DNA of 64,000 nt from an uncultured Bacteroidota bacterium (GTDB lineage Bacteria; Bacteroidota; Bacteroidia; Flavobacteriales; Flavobacteriaceae). This document shows positions 55,488 through 64,000 of this stretch, one piece after another; the stretch's first letter is position 1; each line of letters begins with the position of its first letter. The DNA lies in assembly GCA_902510415.1 (NCBI GenBank), contig CABXBH010000001.1:9596-73595 (forward strand), in the 5' to 3' direction. The translations under genes and the position numbers were made by a program. Under the pieces are notes generated by a model that was given only the letters and a program-made list of their open reading frames with translations, made no database searches and had not been told where the DNA came from.

Positions 55488-58124
55488 ATGGGCATGCAAG
55501 CTAAATATGATCATCGTAAAACAGAGGAGAAATGGTATTCATATTGGCTTGAAAATGATTATTTTTCTTCAAAACCTGACAGTCGAGAAGCATATTCAAT
55601 AGTAATTCCACCTCCAAATATTACAGGTGTTTTACATATGGGCCATATGCTTAATAATACAATTCAAGATATATTAGTAAGAAGAGCTAGACTTCTTGGT
55701 AAAAATGCTTGCTGGGTTCCTGGAACAGACCATGCTTCAATCGCAACTGAAGCCAAAGTGGTTGAAAAGCTAAAGTCCCAAGGAATAGAAAAGAATAATA
55801 TTTCTAGAAATGAGTTTTTGGACCATGCATGGGAATGGAAAAATGAATTTGGTGGAATTATTCTGGATCAATTAAAAAAAATTGGTTGTTCATGTGATTG
55901 GAATAGAACAAAATTTACTTTGGATGATAACATGAATAAATCTGTAATTAAGGTTTTTATTGATTTATATAATAAAGAGCTAATTTACAGAGGTTATAGG
56001 ATGGTTAATTGGGATCCTGAAGCAAAGACAACTCTTTCTGATGAGGAAGTAAACTTTATTGAAAAACAGGATAGATTATTCTATGTTAAATATAAAATAA
56101 ATGGATTTTCAAAATTTGTTACTATTGCTACAACAAGACCTGAAACTATTTTAGGTGACTCAGCAATATGTGTTAATCCTAACGATGAAAGATTTAAAGA
56201 AATAATTGGAAAATCAGTTACAGTTCCTATTGTTAATCGAAAAATTCCAATCATTGCTGATGAATATGTTGATATAGATTATGGAACAGGTTGTTTGAAA
56301 GTAACTCCTGCGCATGACCACAATGATAAAATTTTAGGTGAAAAATATAATTTAGAGTTTATCGACATTTTAAACGATGATGCATCATTAAATGATATTT
56401 GTTTGCATTATTCTGGAATGGATCGATTTGTAGCTAGAAAAAAAATTATAGAGGAGCTTAAGGCTATTGGACTTTTCGTTAAAACTGAAAATATTACTCA
56501 TAATGTTGGAGTAAGTGAAAGAACAGGAGCGGTTATTGAGCCAAAATTTAGTCATCAATGGTTTTTAAAAATGGATGATTTAGTGAAACCTGCTATCAAA
56601 TCCGTTTTAAAATCTGAAGAAATTAACTTTTTTCCTAAAAAATTTGATAACACATTTAGAAACTGGATGGAAAATATTCGAGATTGGAATATTTCAAGAC
56701 AACTCTATTGGGGTCACCAAATCCCTGTATATTATTACGGAGAAAACAATGAAAAATATGTAGTTGCAGAAAGCATTGATAAGGCAGTAGAATTAGTTAA
56801 AAAAAGAACTGGAAATAATAATATATCTGAAGTTGATATTACCCAAGATGACGATGTTTTAGACACATGGTTTTCATCTTGGCTTTGGCCAATAAGTGTT
56901 TTTGACGGAATTAATAATCCAGATAATAATGATATTAATTATTATTATCCAACAACTGATTTAGTAACCGGTCCAGACATTATCTTTTTTTGGGTTTCTA
57001 GAATGATTATGGCAGGTTATGAGTTTAAAGACAGCAGACCTTTTACAAATGTTTATTTCACAGGTATAGTTAGAGACAAAAAAAGAAGAAAAATGAGTAA
57101 ATCATTAGGAAATTCTCCCGATGCATTAAAATTAATCGATGAGTATAGTGCTGATGGTGTTAGGGTTGGTTTAATGCTAAGTTCTGCAGCAGGAAATGAT
57201 TTACTTTTTGACACTAATTTATGCGAACAAGGTAAATCTTTTTCAAATAAAATTTGGAATTCGTTTAGACTTGTTAAAGGTTGGGAGTTTGTAGAAATGG
57301 AACAACCCATATATTGCAAAACTGCAATCAAATGGTATAATCACAAATTTAACACTACAGTTAATAAAATAAATGATCACTTTGAAAAGTTTAGAATTAG
57401 CGATGCATTGATGTGTGTATACAAGTTAATATGGGATGACTTTTGCTCAGTTTTACTTGAGATTGTCAAACCTCAATTTGGTAGTCCATTAGATTCTAAG
57501 ACATATCATGAAATACTCAAAATTTTTGAAAATAATTTAATCATTTTACATCCATTTATGCCGTTCATTTCAGAGGAAATATGGCATACGATTTCTAAAA
57601 GAGACACGAAAGATGCTATTGTTGTCTCTAAATGGCCAAAAACTCAAAATAGAATTGATAAAAATATCATTAATGAATTTGAGGTTCTCCAAAATGTAAT
57701 TTCTGGAATAAGAAACTTTAGAAAAAAATACCAGATTTCCTTTAAGGAGTCTTTGTCTTTAAGTGTCGTTAATAATGATGATTTCCCCACTATTTATGAC
57801 CCTATAATCACAAAACTATGTAATGTTACTAGTATTCAATATGGTGAGTCTGAAATTGAAAATTCTATTTCATTTAGAGTAAATTCAAATATATATTCAA
57901 TTCCTTTCCAGCAGGAGATTAATGTAGAAGCTGAAATAAAAAAAATTAAAGAAGATTTAGATTATCAGAATGGCTTTTTAAAATCAGTTAATTCTAAATT
58001 AGATAATAAAAGATTTGCTGAAAATGCTCCAGAATCTGTTATTCAAAATGAGATGAAAAAGAAAAATGATGCGCTTTTAAAAATATCTGTTCTTGAAGAG
58101 AGATTAAAAAAATTAAACAGTTAA
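55488..58124 (+). CDS. valS: Valine--tRNA ligase
   Basis: PPPNITGVLHMGH (HIGH) and KMSKSLGN (KMSKS), plus the C-terminal coiled coil. 878 aa. Confidence 0.96.
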   Translation: MGMQAKYDHRKTEEKWYSYWLENDYFSSKPDSREAYSIVIPPPNITGVLHMGHMLNNTIQDILVRRARLLGKNACWVPGTDHASIATEAKVVEKLKSQGIEKNNISRNEFLDHAWEWKNEFGGIILDQLKKIGCSCDWNRTKFTLDDNMNKSVIKVFIDLYNKELIYRGYRMVNWDPEAKTTLSDEEVNFIEKQDRLFYVKYKINGFSKFVTIATTRPETILGDSAICVNPNDERFKEIIGKSVTVPIVNRKIPIIADEYVDIDYGTGCLKVTPAHDHNDKILGEKYNLEFIDILNDDASLNDICLHYSGMDRFVARKKIIEELKAIGLFVKTENITHNVGVSERTGAVIEPKFSHQWFLKMDDLVKPAIKSVLKSEEINFFPKKFDNTFRNWMENIRDWNISRQLYWGHQIPVYYYGENNEKYVVAESIDKAVELVKKRTGNNNISEVDITQDDDVLDTWFSSWLWPISVFDGINNPDNNDINYYYPTTDLVTGPDIIFFWVSRMIMAGYEFKDSRPFTNVYFTGIVRDKKRRKMSKSLGNSPDALKLIDEYSADGVRVGLMLSSAAGNDLLFDTNLCEQGKSFSNKIWNSFRLVKGWEFVEMEQPIYCKTAIKWYNHKFNTTVNKINDHFEKFRISDALMCVYKLIWDDFCSVLLEIVKPQFGSPLDSKTYHEILKIFENNLIILHPFMPFISEEIWHTISKRDTKDAIVVSKWPKTQNRIDKNIINEFEVLQNVISGIRNFRKKYQISFKESLSLSVVNNDDFPTIYDPIITKLCNVTSIQYGESEIENSISFRVNSNIYSIPFQQEINVEAEIKKIKEDLDYQNGFLKSVNSKLDNKRFAENAPESVIQNEMKKKNDALLKISVLEERLKKLNS

Positions 58125-58768
58125 TTTTTAGAAGATATTACTGTAACTCCACCTTTTACGACTTGATTTAATTTAACATCAATTTTACTATTAAGTGGTA
58201 AAAATAAGTCAACTCTAGATCCAAATTTAATAAAACCTGCATCTTCTCCTTGTACTGAAACTTGCCCTACTTTTGCATAATTAACTATTCTTCTAGCGAC
58301 AGCCCCAGCAATTTGTCTATATAAAACTTTACCAAAAGTATTGTTTTCTACCACTATTGTTGTTCTTTCATTTTTAGTACTCGATTTTGGATGCCATGCG
58401 ACAAGATATTTTCCAGGATGGTATTCTGAGTAAATGATATTTCCGTCCATTGGATATCGTGTTACATGTACATTTATAGGTGACATGAAAACACTAACTT
58501 GTAATCTTTTATCTTTAAAAAATTCTGGCTCATAAACTTCTTCAATTATGACTATTTTTCCGTCAACTGGAGATAAAATATAATTTTTATCTGAGTTAAT
58601 TGTTATTTTAGGATTTCTAAAAAACTGGAGTATCAATACCAACATTACAATTAGAAATATTTTAATCGTAAGTGAACTTTTTATCTCAAAATAATCCATA
58701 GAAATAATCAATATTGCTACAGTTATAAATGAACTTAAAATAATACCAACACCTTCTTTATGAAACAT
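58121..58768 (-). CDS. psd: Phosphatidylserine decarboxylase family protein (short form)
   Basis: FMSPINVHVTRYP block and FGSRV self-cleavage region. 215 aa. cdsA-psd synteny. Confidence 0.88.
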   Translation of the reverse strand: MFHKEGVGIILSSFITVAILIISMDYFEIKSSLTIKIFLIVMLVLILQFFRNPKITINSDKNYILSPVDGKIVIIEEVYEPEFFKDKRLQVSVFMSPINVHVTRYPMDGNIIYSEYHPGKYLVAWHPKSSTKNERTTIVVENNTFGKVLYRQIAGAVARRIVNYAKVGQVSVQGEDAGFIKFGSRVDLFLPLNSKIDVKLNQVVKGGVTVISSKN

Positions 58769-59592
58769 TAAACAAATTTTAAAAATAAATAAATGTAAGG
58801 GCTTGCAAATATAACACTATCAAGTCTGTCTAGCATACCACCGTGACCAGGAATTATATTTCCGCTGTCTTTTACATTTGATTCTCTTTTAAATTTAGAT
58901 TCAATCAAATCTCCTAGAGTACCGAAAATACTTACAATTATTGCGATAATAAGCCAATACGAAGTATCCATACTTTCATTTACATATCTAGAAACAACTG
59001 ATGCAGAAATACAACAAAAAAATAGACCTCCTAAAAACCCTTCTATAGTTTTATGTGGAGATACGCTATAAAATAGCTTTTGTTTTCCGAAATTTTTACC
59101 GACAATATACGCAAAACTATCATTCACCCAAATCAGGATAAAACATCCTAAAATAATTGAAGGATCATAAAATCCGTTAAAATTTGCTATCAGATAAATA
59201 AAAACAAAAGATGATGAAATATAAAAAGTGAAGTTAATATATTTCTTTTTTAAAAAATTCGGTAAATCTCGAGATGAAAATAAATCCCTAACAAGGAAAA
59301 TAGACACAAAAATTGATAATATAAGAAGTGTATCTTTCAAGTCATTAAAAAATGAATTTGAATCAAGAATGCTATTCAGATAATATTCAGTTATAGAAAA
59401 ATATCCAAAAATTAAGATAAAGATTATATAAAAACCCACCCCTTTTTGATTTACAAGCTTATTAAATTCGTAGGATGATATAAGGCCAAAAGCAAAAGTT
59501 AATAATGTAAAACTTACATGAGTTTTTAGAGATGCTATAAAAATAGCAGCAAATATTAATCCACTTACAATTCTTTTACTAGATTCTTTCAA
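58768..59592 (-). CDS. cdsA: Phosphatidate cytidylyltransferase
   Basis: Polytopic. SKFKRESNVKDSGNIIPGHGGMLDRLDS is the CTP_transf_1 signature. Confidence 0.92.
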   Translation of the reverse strand: MKESSKRIVSGLIFAAIFIASLKTHVSFTLLTFAFGLISSYEFNKLVNQKGVGFYIIFILIFGYFSITEYYLNSILDSNSFFNDLKDTLLILSIFVSIFLVRDLFSSRDLPNFLKKKYINFTFYISSSFVFIYLIANFNGFYDPSIILGCFILIWVNDSFAYIVGKNFGKQKLFYSVSPHKTIEGFLGGLFFCCISASVVSRYVNESMDTSYWLIIAIIVSIFGTLGDLIESKFKRESNVKDSGNIIPGHGGMLDRLDSVIFASPYIYLFLKFV

Positions 59593-59594
59593 AA

Positions 59595-60197
59595 CTATTT
59601 AAATCCTTTTTCTAAAAGAATCAAATATAAGTTTTTTGAAGAAGTTCCGTAGCTTAAAAAATTTTTATCTTCTTTGGTTTTGTTGAAATTTTTAATGGTT
59701 GTAATATTAGTAGGAATGCTCTCACTATTTGATTTAATCTCTGACAGACCTTCGCTGATACTATTTTTTAGTTTTCTCGTATCAGAAATGATAATTAAGC
59801 TTTCAGGAAATTCTGATAATTTTTTTTCATGAATTTGATTTGAAGAGATTAATACAGACCCATCACTTGCAATTAAATTTTCACAATCAGTTACAAAGCA
59901 TTTGGTTTCTTCTAAACTTGAGCTGAATAAATTACTTAGATTATATCTCTTTTTTAGATCAGAATTTATTATTAATATATCTTCACTTGTCCATTCATTT
60001 TCATCTAAAATTAAATTAAAATTCTCTTGTAATTCTACGATGGTTTCACAGTAAATAAATTTACCGCCATTATCGATAAATTTTAGAATAAACCTTTCTT
60101 CAATTACTGCTTTTTTTTTGGGAAGAAACTTACTTTCAGATTTTTTTATCTCCTCTTTTGAAGATGATTTCTTGAAAAAATTGCTAAAAAAATTCAA
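59595..60197 (-). CDS. LUD (LutC/YkgG-like) domain protein
   Basis: CENLIASDGSVLISSNQIHEKKLSEFPESLIIIS follows the LUD pattern (A.a.iAetGs.vl.s......l..lP..hi.v). Position between ftsH and cdsA. The ORF contains no ATG codon at all, so TTG at 60197 is the only plausible start. Confidence 0.55.
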   Translation of the reverse strand: MNFFSNFFKKSSSKEEIKKSESKFLPKKKAVIEERFILKFIDNGGKFIYCETIVELQENFNLILDENEWTSEDILIINSDLKKRYNLSNLFSSSLEETKCFVTDCENLIASDGSVLISSNQIHEKKLSEFPESLIIISDTRKLKNSISEGLSEIKSNSESIPTNITTIKNFNKTKEDKNFLSYGTSSKNLYLILLEKGFK

Positions 60198-60289
60198 AAG
60201 ATATTATAATTTAATTCCTGTTGTAACTTATTTGTATTAAAGTTAGTTAAATGAAGTTAATTTCTCTTAAACAAATCAATAAATAATGA

Positions 60290-62233
60290 TTATTTATTTC
60301 CTTTTTTAGGTTCTTTTTTTTCAAAAGGTCTCTTACCAAATATTTCTTCAAGATTATCTTTAAAAATTACTTCTTTTGTAAGTAATACTTCAGCAAGCTG
60401 TGTCAGTTTCTTTTTATTTTTCTTTAAAATGCCAATTGCTCTCTGGTATTGTTTTTCAATTATCGCAGAAATTTCTTTATCAATTGTTTCTGCAGTTTGT
60501 TCACTGTATGGTTTTGTAAAACCATATTCATTTCCATTTGACGAATCATAATAAGTAAGATTTCCAACTTTATCGTTTAGACCATATACTGTAACCATGG
60601 CTCTTGCTTGCTTTGTGACTTTTTCCAAGTCACTTAATGCCCCTGTTGAAATTTTATCGAAAATAACCTTTTCTGCTGCTCTACCACCAAGTGCAGCACA
60701 CATCTCATCTAGCATTTGCTCAGGTCTAACTATTAATCTTTCTTCTGGAAGGTACCATGCAGCTCCTAATGACCTACCTCTAGGAACAATAGTAACTTTA
60801 ACTAGAGGTGCAGCATGTTCAAGCATCCAGCTTACTGTTGCGTGTCCAGCCTCATGAAATGCAACGGCTTTCTTTTCTTCTTCAGTTATTATTTTATTTT
60901 TCTTCTCTAATCCACCGACTATCCTATCAACGGCATCTAAAAAATCTTGTTTGCCAACAGACTTTTTATTCTTTCTAGCTGCTATCAATGCAGCCTCATT
61001 ACAAACATTAGCAATATCAGCTCCTGAAAAACCAGGTGTTTGCTTTGATAAAAAATCAACATCAACTGATGATGATTTTTTTAGGGGTCTTAAGTGAACT
61101 TCAAATATTTTTTTTCTTTCTCTGACATCAGGAAGGTCTACGTAGATTTGCCTATCAAATCTACCGGCTCTCATTAATGCTTTATCTAAAACATCTGCTC
61201 GGTTTGTAGCAGCTATAACAATCACATTGGTGTTTGTTCCAAAACCATCCATTTCTGTAAGTAGTTGATTAAGTGTATTTTCTCTTTCATCATTAGATCC
61301 AGTAAAATTACTTTTACCTCTAGCCCTACCAATTGCATCGATTTCATCGATGAAAATTATTGATGGAGATTTTTCTTTAGCTTGTTTAAATAGGTCTCTA
61401 ACTCTTGAAGCTCCAACACCAACAAACATTTCGACAAAATCTGAACCAGAAAGAGAAAAAAATGGAACTTTTGCTTCACCAGCTACTGCTTTTGCTAATA
61501 GCGTTTTACCTGTTCCAGGTGAGCCTATGAGTAGAGCTCCTTTAGGGATTTTCCCGCCAAGAGCCGTATATTTCTTGGGGTTTTTTAAAAAGTCTACTAT
61601 TTCTTGTACTTCTTCTTTGGCACCTTCTAACCCAGCTACATCTTTAAAGGTTGTTTTAACCTGAGCATTTGCATCAAATAATTTAGCTTTAGACTTCCCT
61701 ATATTAAAGATTTGCCCACCAGCTCCGCCACCTCCAGTTGACATGCGTCTCATTATAAATATCCATATAGCAATTATAATAATAAAAGGAAGCATAGAAA
61801 TGATAATATCACCCCAAATATTTTGTTCAGTAATATAATTTACCTCAATATTTTGGTTGAATTCCTCATTTACTCTGTACAATTTATTTTCAAAGTTTTG
61901 CAAATCTCCAAACTCAAATCTGTAATTTGGATTATTTGAAGCAATTGATAAAAGTGAAGTTTTAGCTGAATTTTTATGTTCATCTTTAAGTCTTGCATCT
62001 CTCGTAAGATAGACATATACTTCGCGCTTATTTATAATCTCAATTTTTTCAACATCTCCAATAGCAGCAAATTCAAAAAATTTAGATGGGGTAGTAGTTT
62101 TTGAATTTTCTGAGCCAGTGCCAGAAAAAATATTTAACAGTAAAAAAACAAGTACAATTGAACCAAATATCCATGAAGGGGATGGGTTAAATTTAAATTG
62201 TGGTTGTTTTTGTTGTTTTTTTTGCTTTTTCAT
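60290..62233 (-). CDS. ftsH: ATP-dependent zinc metalloprotease FtsH
   Basis: Walker [14 protein letters not shown], Walker [33 protein letters not shown] and HEAGH zinc site. 647 aa. Confidence 0.96.
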   Translation of the reverse strand: MKKQKKQQKQPQFKFNPSPSWIFGSIVLVFLLLNIFSGTGSENSKTTTPSKFFEFAAIGDVEKIEIINKREVYVYLTRDARLKDEHKNSAKTSLLSIASNNPNYRFEFGDLQNFENKLYRVNEEFNQNIEVNYITEQNIWGDIIISMLPFIIIIAIWIFIMRRMSTGGGGAGGQIFNIGKSKAKLFDANAQVKTTFKDVAGLEGAKEEVQEIVDFLKNPKKYTALGGKIPKGALLIGSPGTGKTLLAKAVAGEAKVPFFSLSGSDFVEMFVGVGASRVRDLFKQAKEKSPSIIFIDEIDAIGRARGKSNFTGSNDERENTLNQLLTEMDGFGTNTNVIVIAATNRADVLDKALMRAGRFDRQIYVDLPDVRERKKIFEVHLRPLKKSSSVDVDFLSKQTPGFSGADIANVCNEAALIAARKNKKSVGKQDFLDAVDRIVGGLEKKNKIITEEEKKAVAFHEAGHATVSWMLEHAAPLVKVTIVPRGRSLGAAWYLPEERLIVRPEQMLDEMCAALGGRAAEKVIFDKISTGALSDLEKVTKQARAMVTVYGLNDKVGNLTYYDSSNGNEYGFTKPYSEQTAETIDKEISAIIEKQYQRAIGILKKNKKKLTQLAEVLLTKEVIFKDNLEEIFGKRPFEKKEPKKGNK

Positions 62234-62237
62234 CCTT

Positions 62238-62597
62238 CTAATTTAATTCAATTTTTTTAGCGTCACCCCACAGTCCTTCGAGGTCATAAAATTCTCTTTT
62301 TTCTTTTTGAAATACATGTACAACTACATCTATATAATCCAATAAAACCCATTCAGCATTTTCATAACCTTCAACACCCCAAGGTTTATCCTTTAATTCT
62401 TTACTAACTTTTTTTGTTACCGAGTTAATTATTGCATTAACCTGTGTATTTGAGTTTCCGTCACAAATAATAAAGTAATCACTTACTCTATTTTCAAGTT
62501 TTCTCAAATCTAGTAAATTAATCTCATTACCTTTTACATCTTCTATACCATCGATTATTAATCTGATAAGCTTTTTAAATTTAGTTCGTCCTGACAT
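62238..62597 (-). CDS. rsfS: Ribosome silencing factor
   Basis: 119 aa. DYFIICDGNSNTQV, WVLLDYIDVVVHVF and REFYDLEGLW blocks. Confidence 0.92.
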   Translation of the reverse strand: MSGRTKFKKLIRLIIDGIEDVKGNEINLLDLRKLENRVSDYFIICDGNSNTQVNAIINSVTKKVSKELKDKPWGVEGYENAEWVLLDYIDVVVHVFQKEKREFYDLEGLWGDAKKIELN

Positions 62598-62647
62598 TAA
62601 GAATCTTTGAGCTTGTACAAAGTTATTATTTTTTTTACTTTATTCGA

Positions 62648-63376
62648 ATGAAAATAATCAAACTTGATGCCACAGATTCTACAAACTCCTATTTAAAAAC
62701 TCTTTTAAATAAGGATTCGGTAGATGATTTAACAGTTGTAATTTCAAAACATCAAAAAAATGGAAGAGGTAGAAATGGTAGTATTTGGGTTAACGATCCT
62801 TCTTTAAATCTTGCTTTTAGTATTTATAAGAAGTTTGAAAATTTAAGTGTAAGTAATCAGTTTTATTTAAATATTATAAGTTCAATTTCTGTGTTTGAGT
62901 TATTAAAAAAATATAAAGTTCAGCAACTGACAATTAAATGGCCTAATGACATAATGACAGCAAATAAAAAAATTTCAGGAATTTTGATTGAAAATAATTT
63001 TAGGGGAAGTTTAATTACACACAGTATTATCGGAGTTGGTATCAATGTAAATCAAGCTAAATTTAAGGATTTACCAAATGCAACTTCTATACTAAACAAA
63101 ACAGGATTCAAAAATTCATTAGATGATCTAGCGAATGACTTAATTTTCATCTTTAAAAGGAACCTCAATAACTTTCAAAGTAAAATAAATACGCTATCCT
63201 CATTTTATAATCAGTCTCTTTACAGAAAAAATATCAAAACAGAATTTATTGATAATCAAAAAAAGTCTATAATAGGGGAAATAGTAAGTGTAGACGAAAA
63301 AGGAATCCTGAAGCTAAAAAAATTAGATGGTCATTATGAAAATTTCATGGAAAACGAAATTAAAATGAAAATTTAA
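62648..63376 (+). CDS. birA: Biotin--[acetyl-CoA-carboxylase] ligase (group I, no N-terminal HTH)
   Basis: QKNGRGRNGSIW, IKWPNDI and KISGILIE blocks. 242 aa. Confidence 0.88.
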   Translation: MKIIKLDATDSTNSYLKTLLNKDSVDDLTVVISKHQKNGRGRNGSIWVNDPSLNLAFSIYKKFENLSVSNQFYLNIISSISVFELLKKYKVQQLTIKWPNDIMTANKKISGILIENNFRGSLITHSIIGVGINVNQAKFKDLPNATSILNKTGFKNSLDDLANDLIFIFKRNLNNFQSKINTLSSFYNQSLYRKNIKTEFIDNQKKSIIGEIVSVDEKGILKLKKLDGHYENFMENEIKMKI

Positions 63377-64000
63377 CCCCATTTCTCAGGGTTCTTGTTC
63401 CAGTTTTCTAGTGTAAGAATATCATTTTCAGAAATATAATTGGTCTGAAGAGCCTTTTTTAATAAATCTGAGTAATTACTTAATGTGTGAAGTTGAACAT
63501 TCTCATTATTAAAATTCTCATTAGATATTTTAAACCCATAATTGAAAATTGCCAACATACCAAGCACATTTAGTTGCTCTTCTCTAAGCGCCTTTACTGC
63601 ATTTAGTGAACTTTTTCCTGTACTGATTAAATCTTCAATAACTACCACATTTTTATCTTTTGTAACTTCTCCCTCAATTTGATTTTTTCTTCCGTGTTTT
63701 TTTGGTTCAGGTCTCACATATATAAAAGGTAAATTAAGTTTTTGTGCGACTAGCATGCCAATACCAATTGCGCCTGTAGCTACTCCAGCAATAATATCAA
63801 CACTAGGGTACTTGTCTTTTATGATTTCAACAAAGAAATTTGTAATTGAGCTTCTACTCTTTGGATGAGAAAGAATAATCCTATTATCACAATAAATTGG
63901 AGATTTCCATCCTGAAGCCCAAATAAAAGGCTTGTTAGGGCTCAGTTTAATTGCATTTAATTTTAACAATATCTCTGAAGTTGACGATTTATAATCAGTT
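63373..64000 (-). CDS. pyrE: Orotate phosphoribosyltransferase, 5'-partial (start lies beyond the window end)
   Basis: PFIWASGWKSPIYCDNR and VVVIEDLISTGKSS (PRPP loop). The minus-strand frame stays open upstream of the ORF-track TTG at 63969 (...TDYKSSTSEILLKLNAIK) to base 64000. Confidence 0.88.
   Translation of the reverse strand, partial: TDYKSSTSEILLKLNAIKLSPNKPFIWASGWKSPIYCDNRIILSHPKSRSSITNFFVEIIKDKYPSVDIIAGVATGAIGIGMLVAQKLNLPFIYVRPEPKKHGRKNQIEGEVTKDKNVVVIEDLISTGKSSLNAVKALREEQLNVLGMLAIFNYGFKISNENFNNENVQLHTLSNYSDLLKKALQTNYISENDILTLENWNKNPEKWG

Noticed and set aside
62605-62622. Inverted repeat CTTTG-N8-CAAAG in the rsfS/birA divergent spacer, considered as a BirA operator
   Set aside because: This BirA lacks the N-terminal HTH domain (group I ligase), so it cannot act as a repressor. 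The 5-bp arms are within chance expectation.

Overview
Visibly AT-rich (about 30% G+C by eye, not computed), very gene-dense chromosomal segment. It looks like a streamlined Bacteroidota/Flavobacteriia genome. Support for that: a 287-aa primary sigma factor without region 1.1, a T9SS C-terminal sorting domain, Na+-NQR, recurrent TAnnTTTG -7 boxes, and cysteine-less AccD. Positions 1-13858 are the distal part of a Wzx/Wzy-type capsule/EPS locus: two NodB deacetylases, GT4, GT26, a formyltransferase, two SDR epimerases, a CapD-like dehydratase, a PglC-like and a WecA-like initiating transferase, Wza, Wzc and a PHP phosphatase. No flippase, polymerase or aminotransferase lies inside the window. 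The remaining ~50 kb is core housekeeping: rpe, rpoD, pnp, rpsO, accD, fba, trkAH, rsmG, pruA, apaG, nqrABCDEF-apbE, map, gpmI, pepE, tatA, msrA, lpxK, lipA, murB, valS, psd, cdsA, ftsH, rsfS, birA and pyrE. It also holds one large T9SS-secreted M36 protease. I found no rRNA, tRNA, CRISPR array, transposase, integrase, phage gene or recognisable defence system, and no intergenic gap exceeds 127 bp. The best candidate for something undescribed is the 500-aa ORF at 13839-15341. It combines a signal peptide, Kelch-like propeller, one TM helix and a cytoplasmic winged-helix-like tail, and its promoter carries a tandemly duplicated 20-bp palindromic motif. Secondary leads: a 62-aa NqrM-like Cys-rich membrane protein unlinked from nqr and overlapping an NRAMP transporter; an overlapping formyltransferase/deacetylase pair; an orphan NTP_transf_5 nucleotidyltransferase inside the EPS locus; two proteins whose zinc-ribbon cysteines are all replaced; and convergent gene pairs with essentially no space for terminators. 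All functional calls rest on motif recognition by eye; no database search was run.
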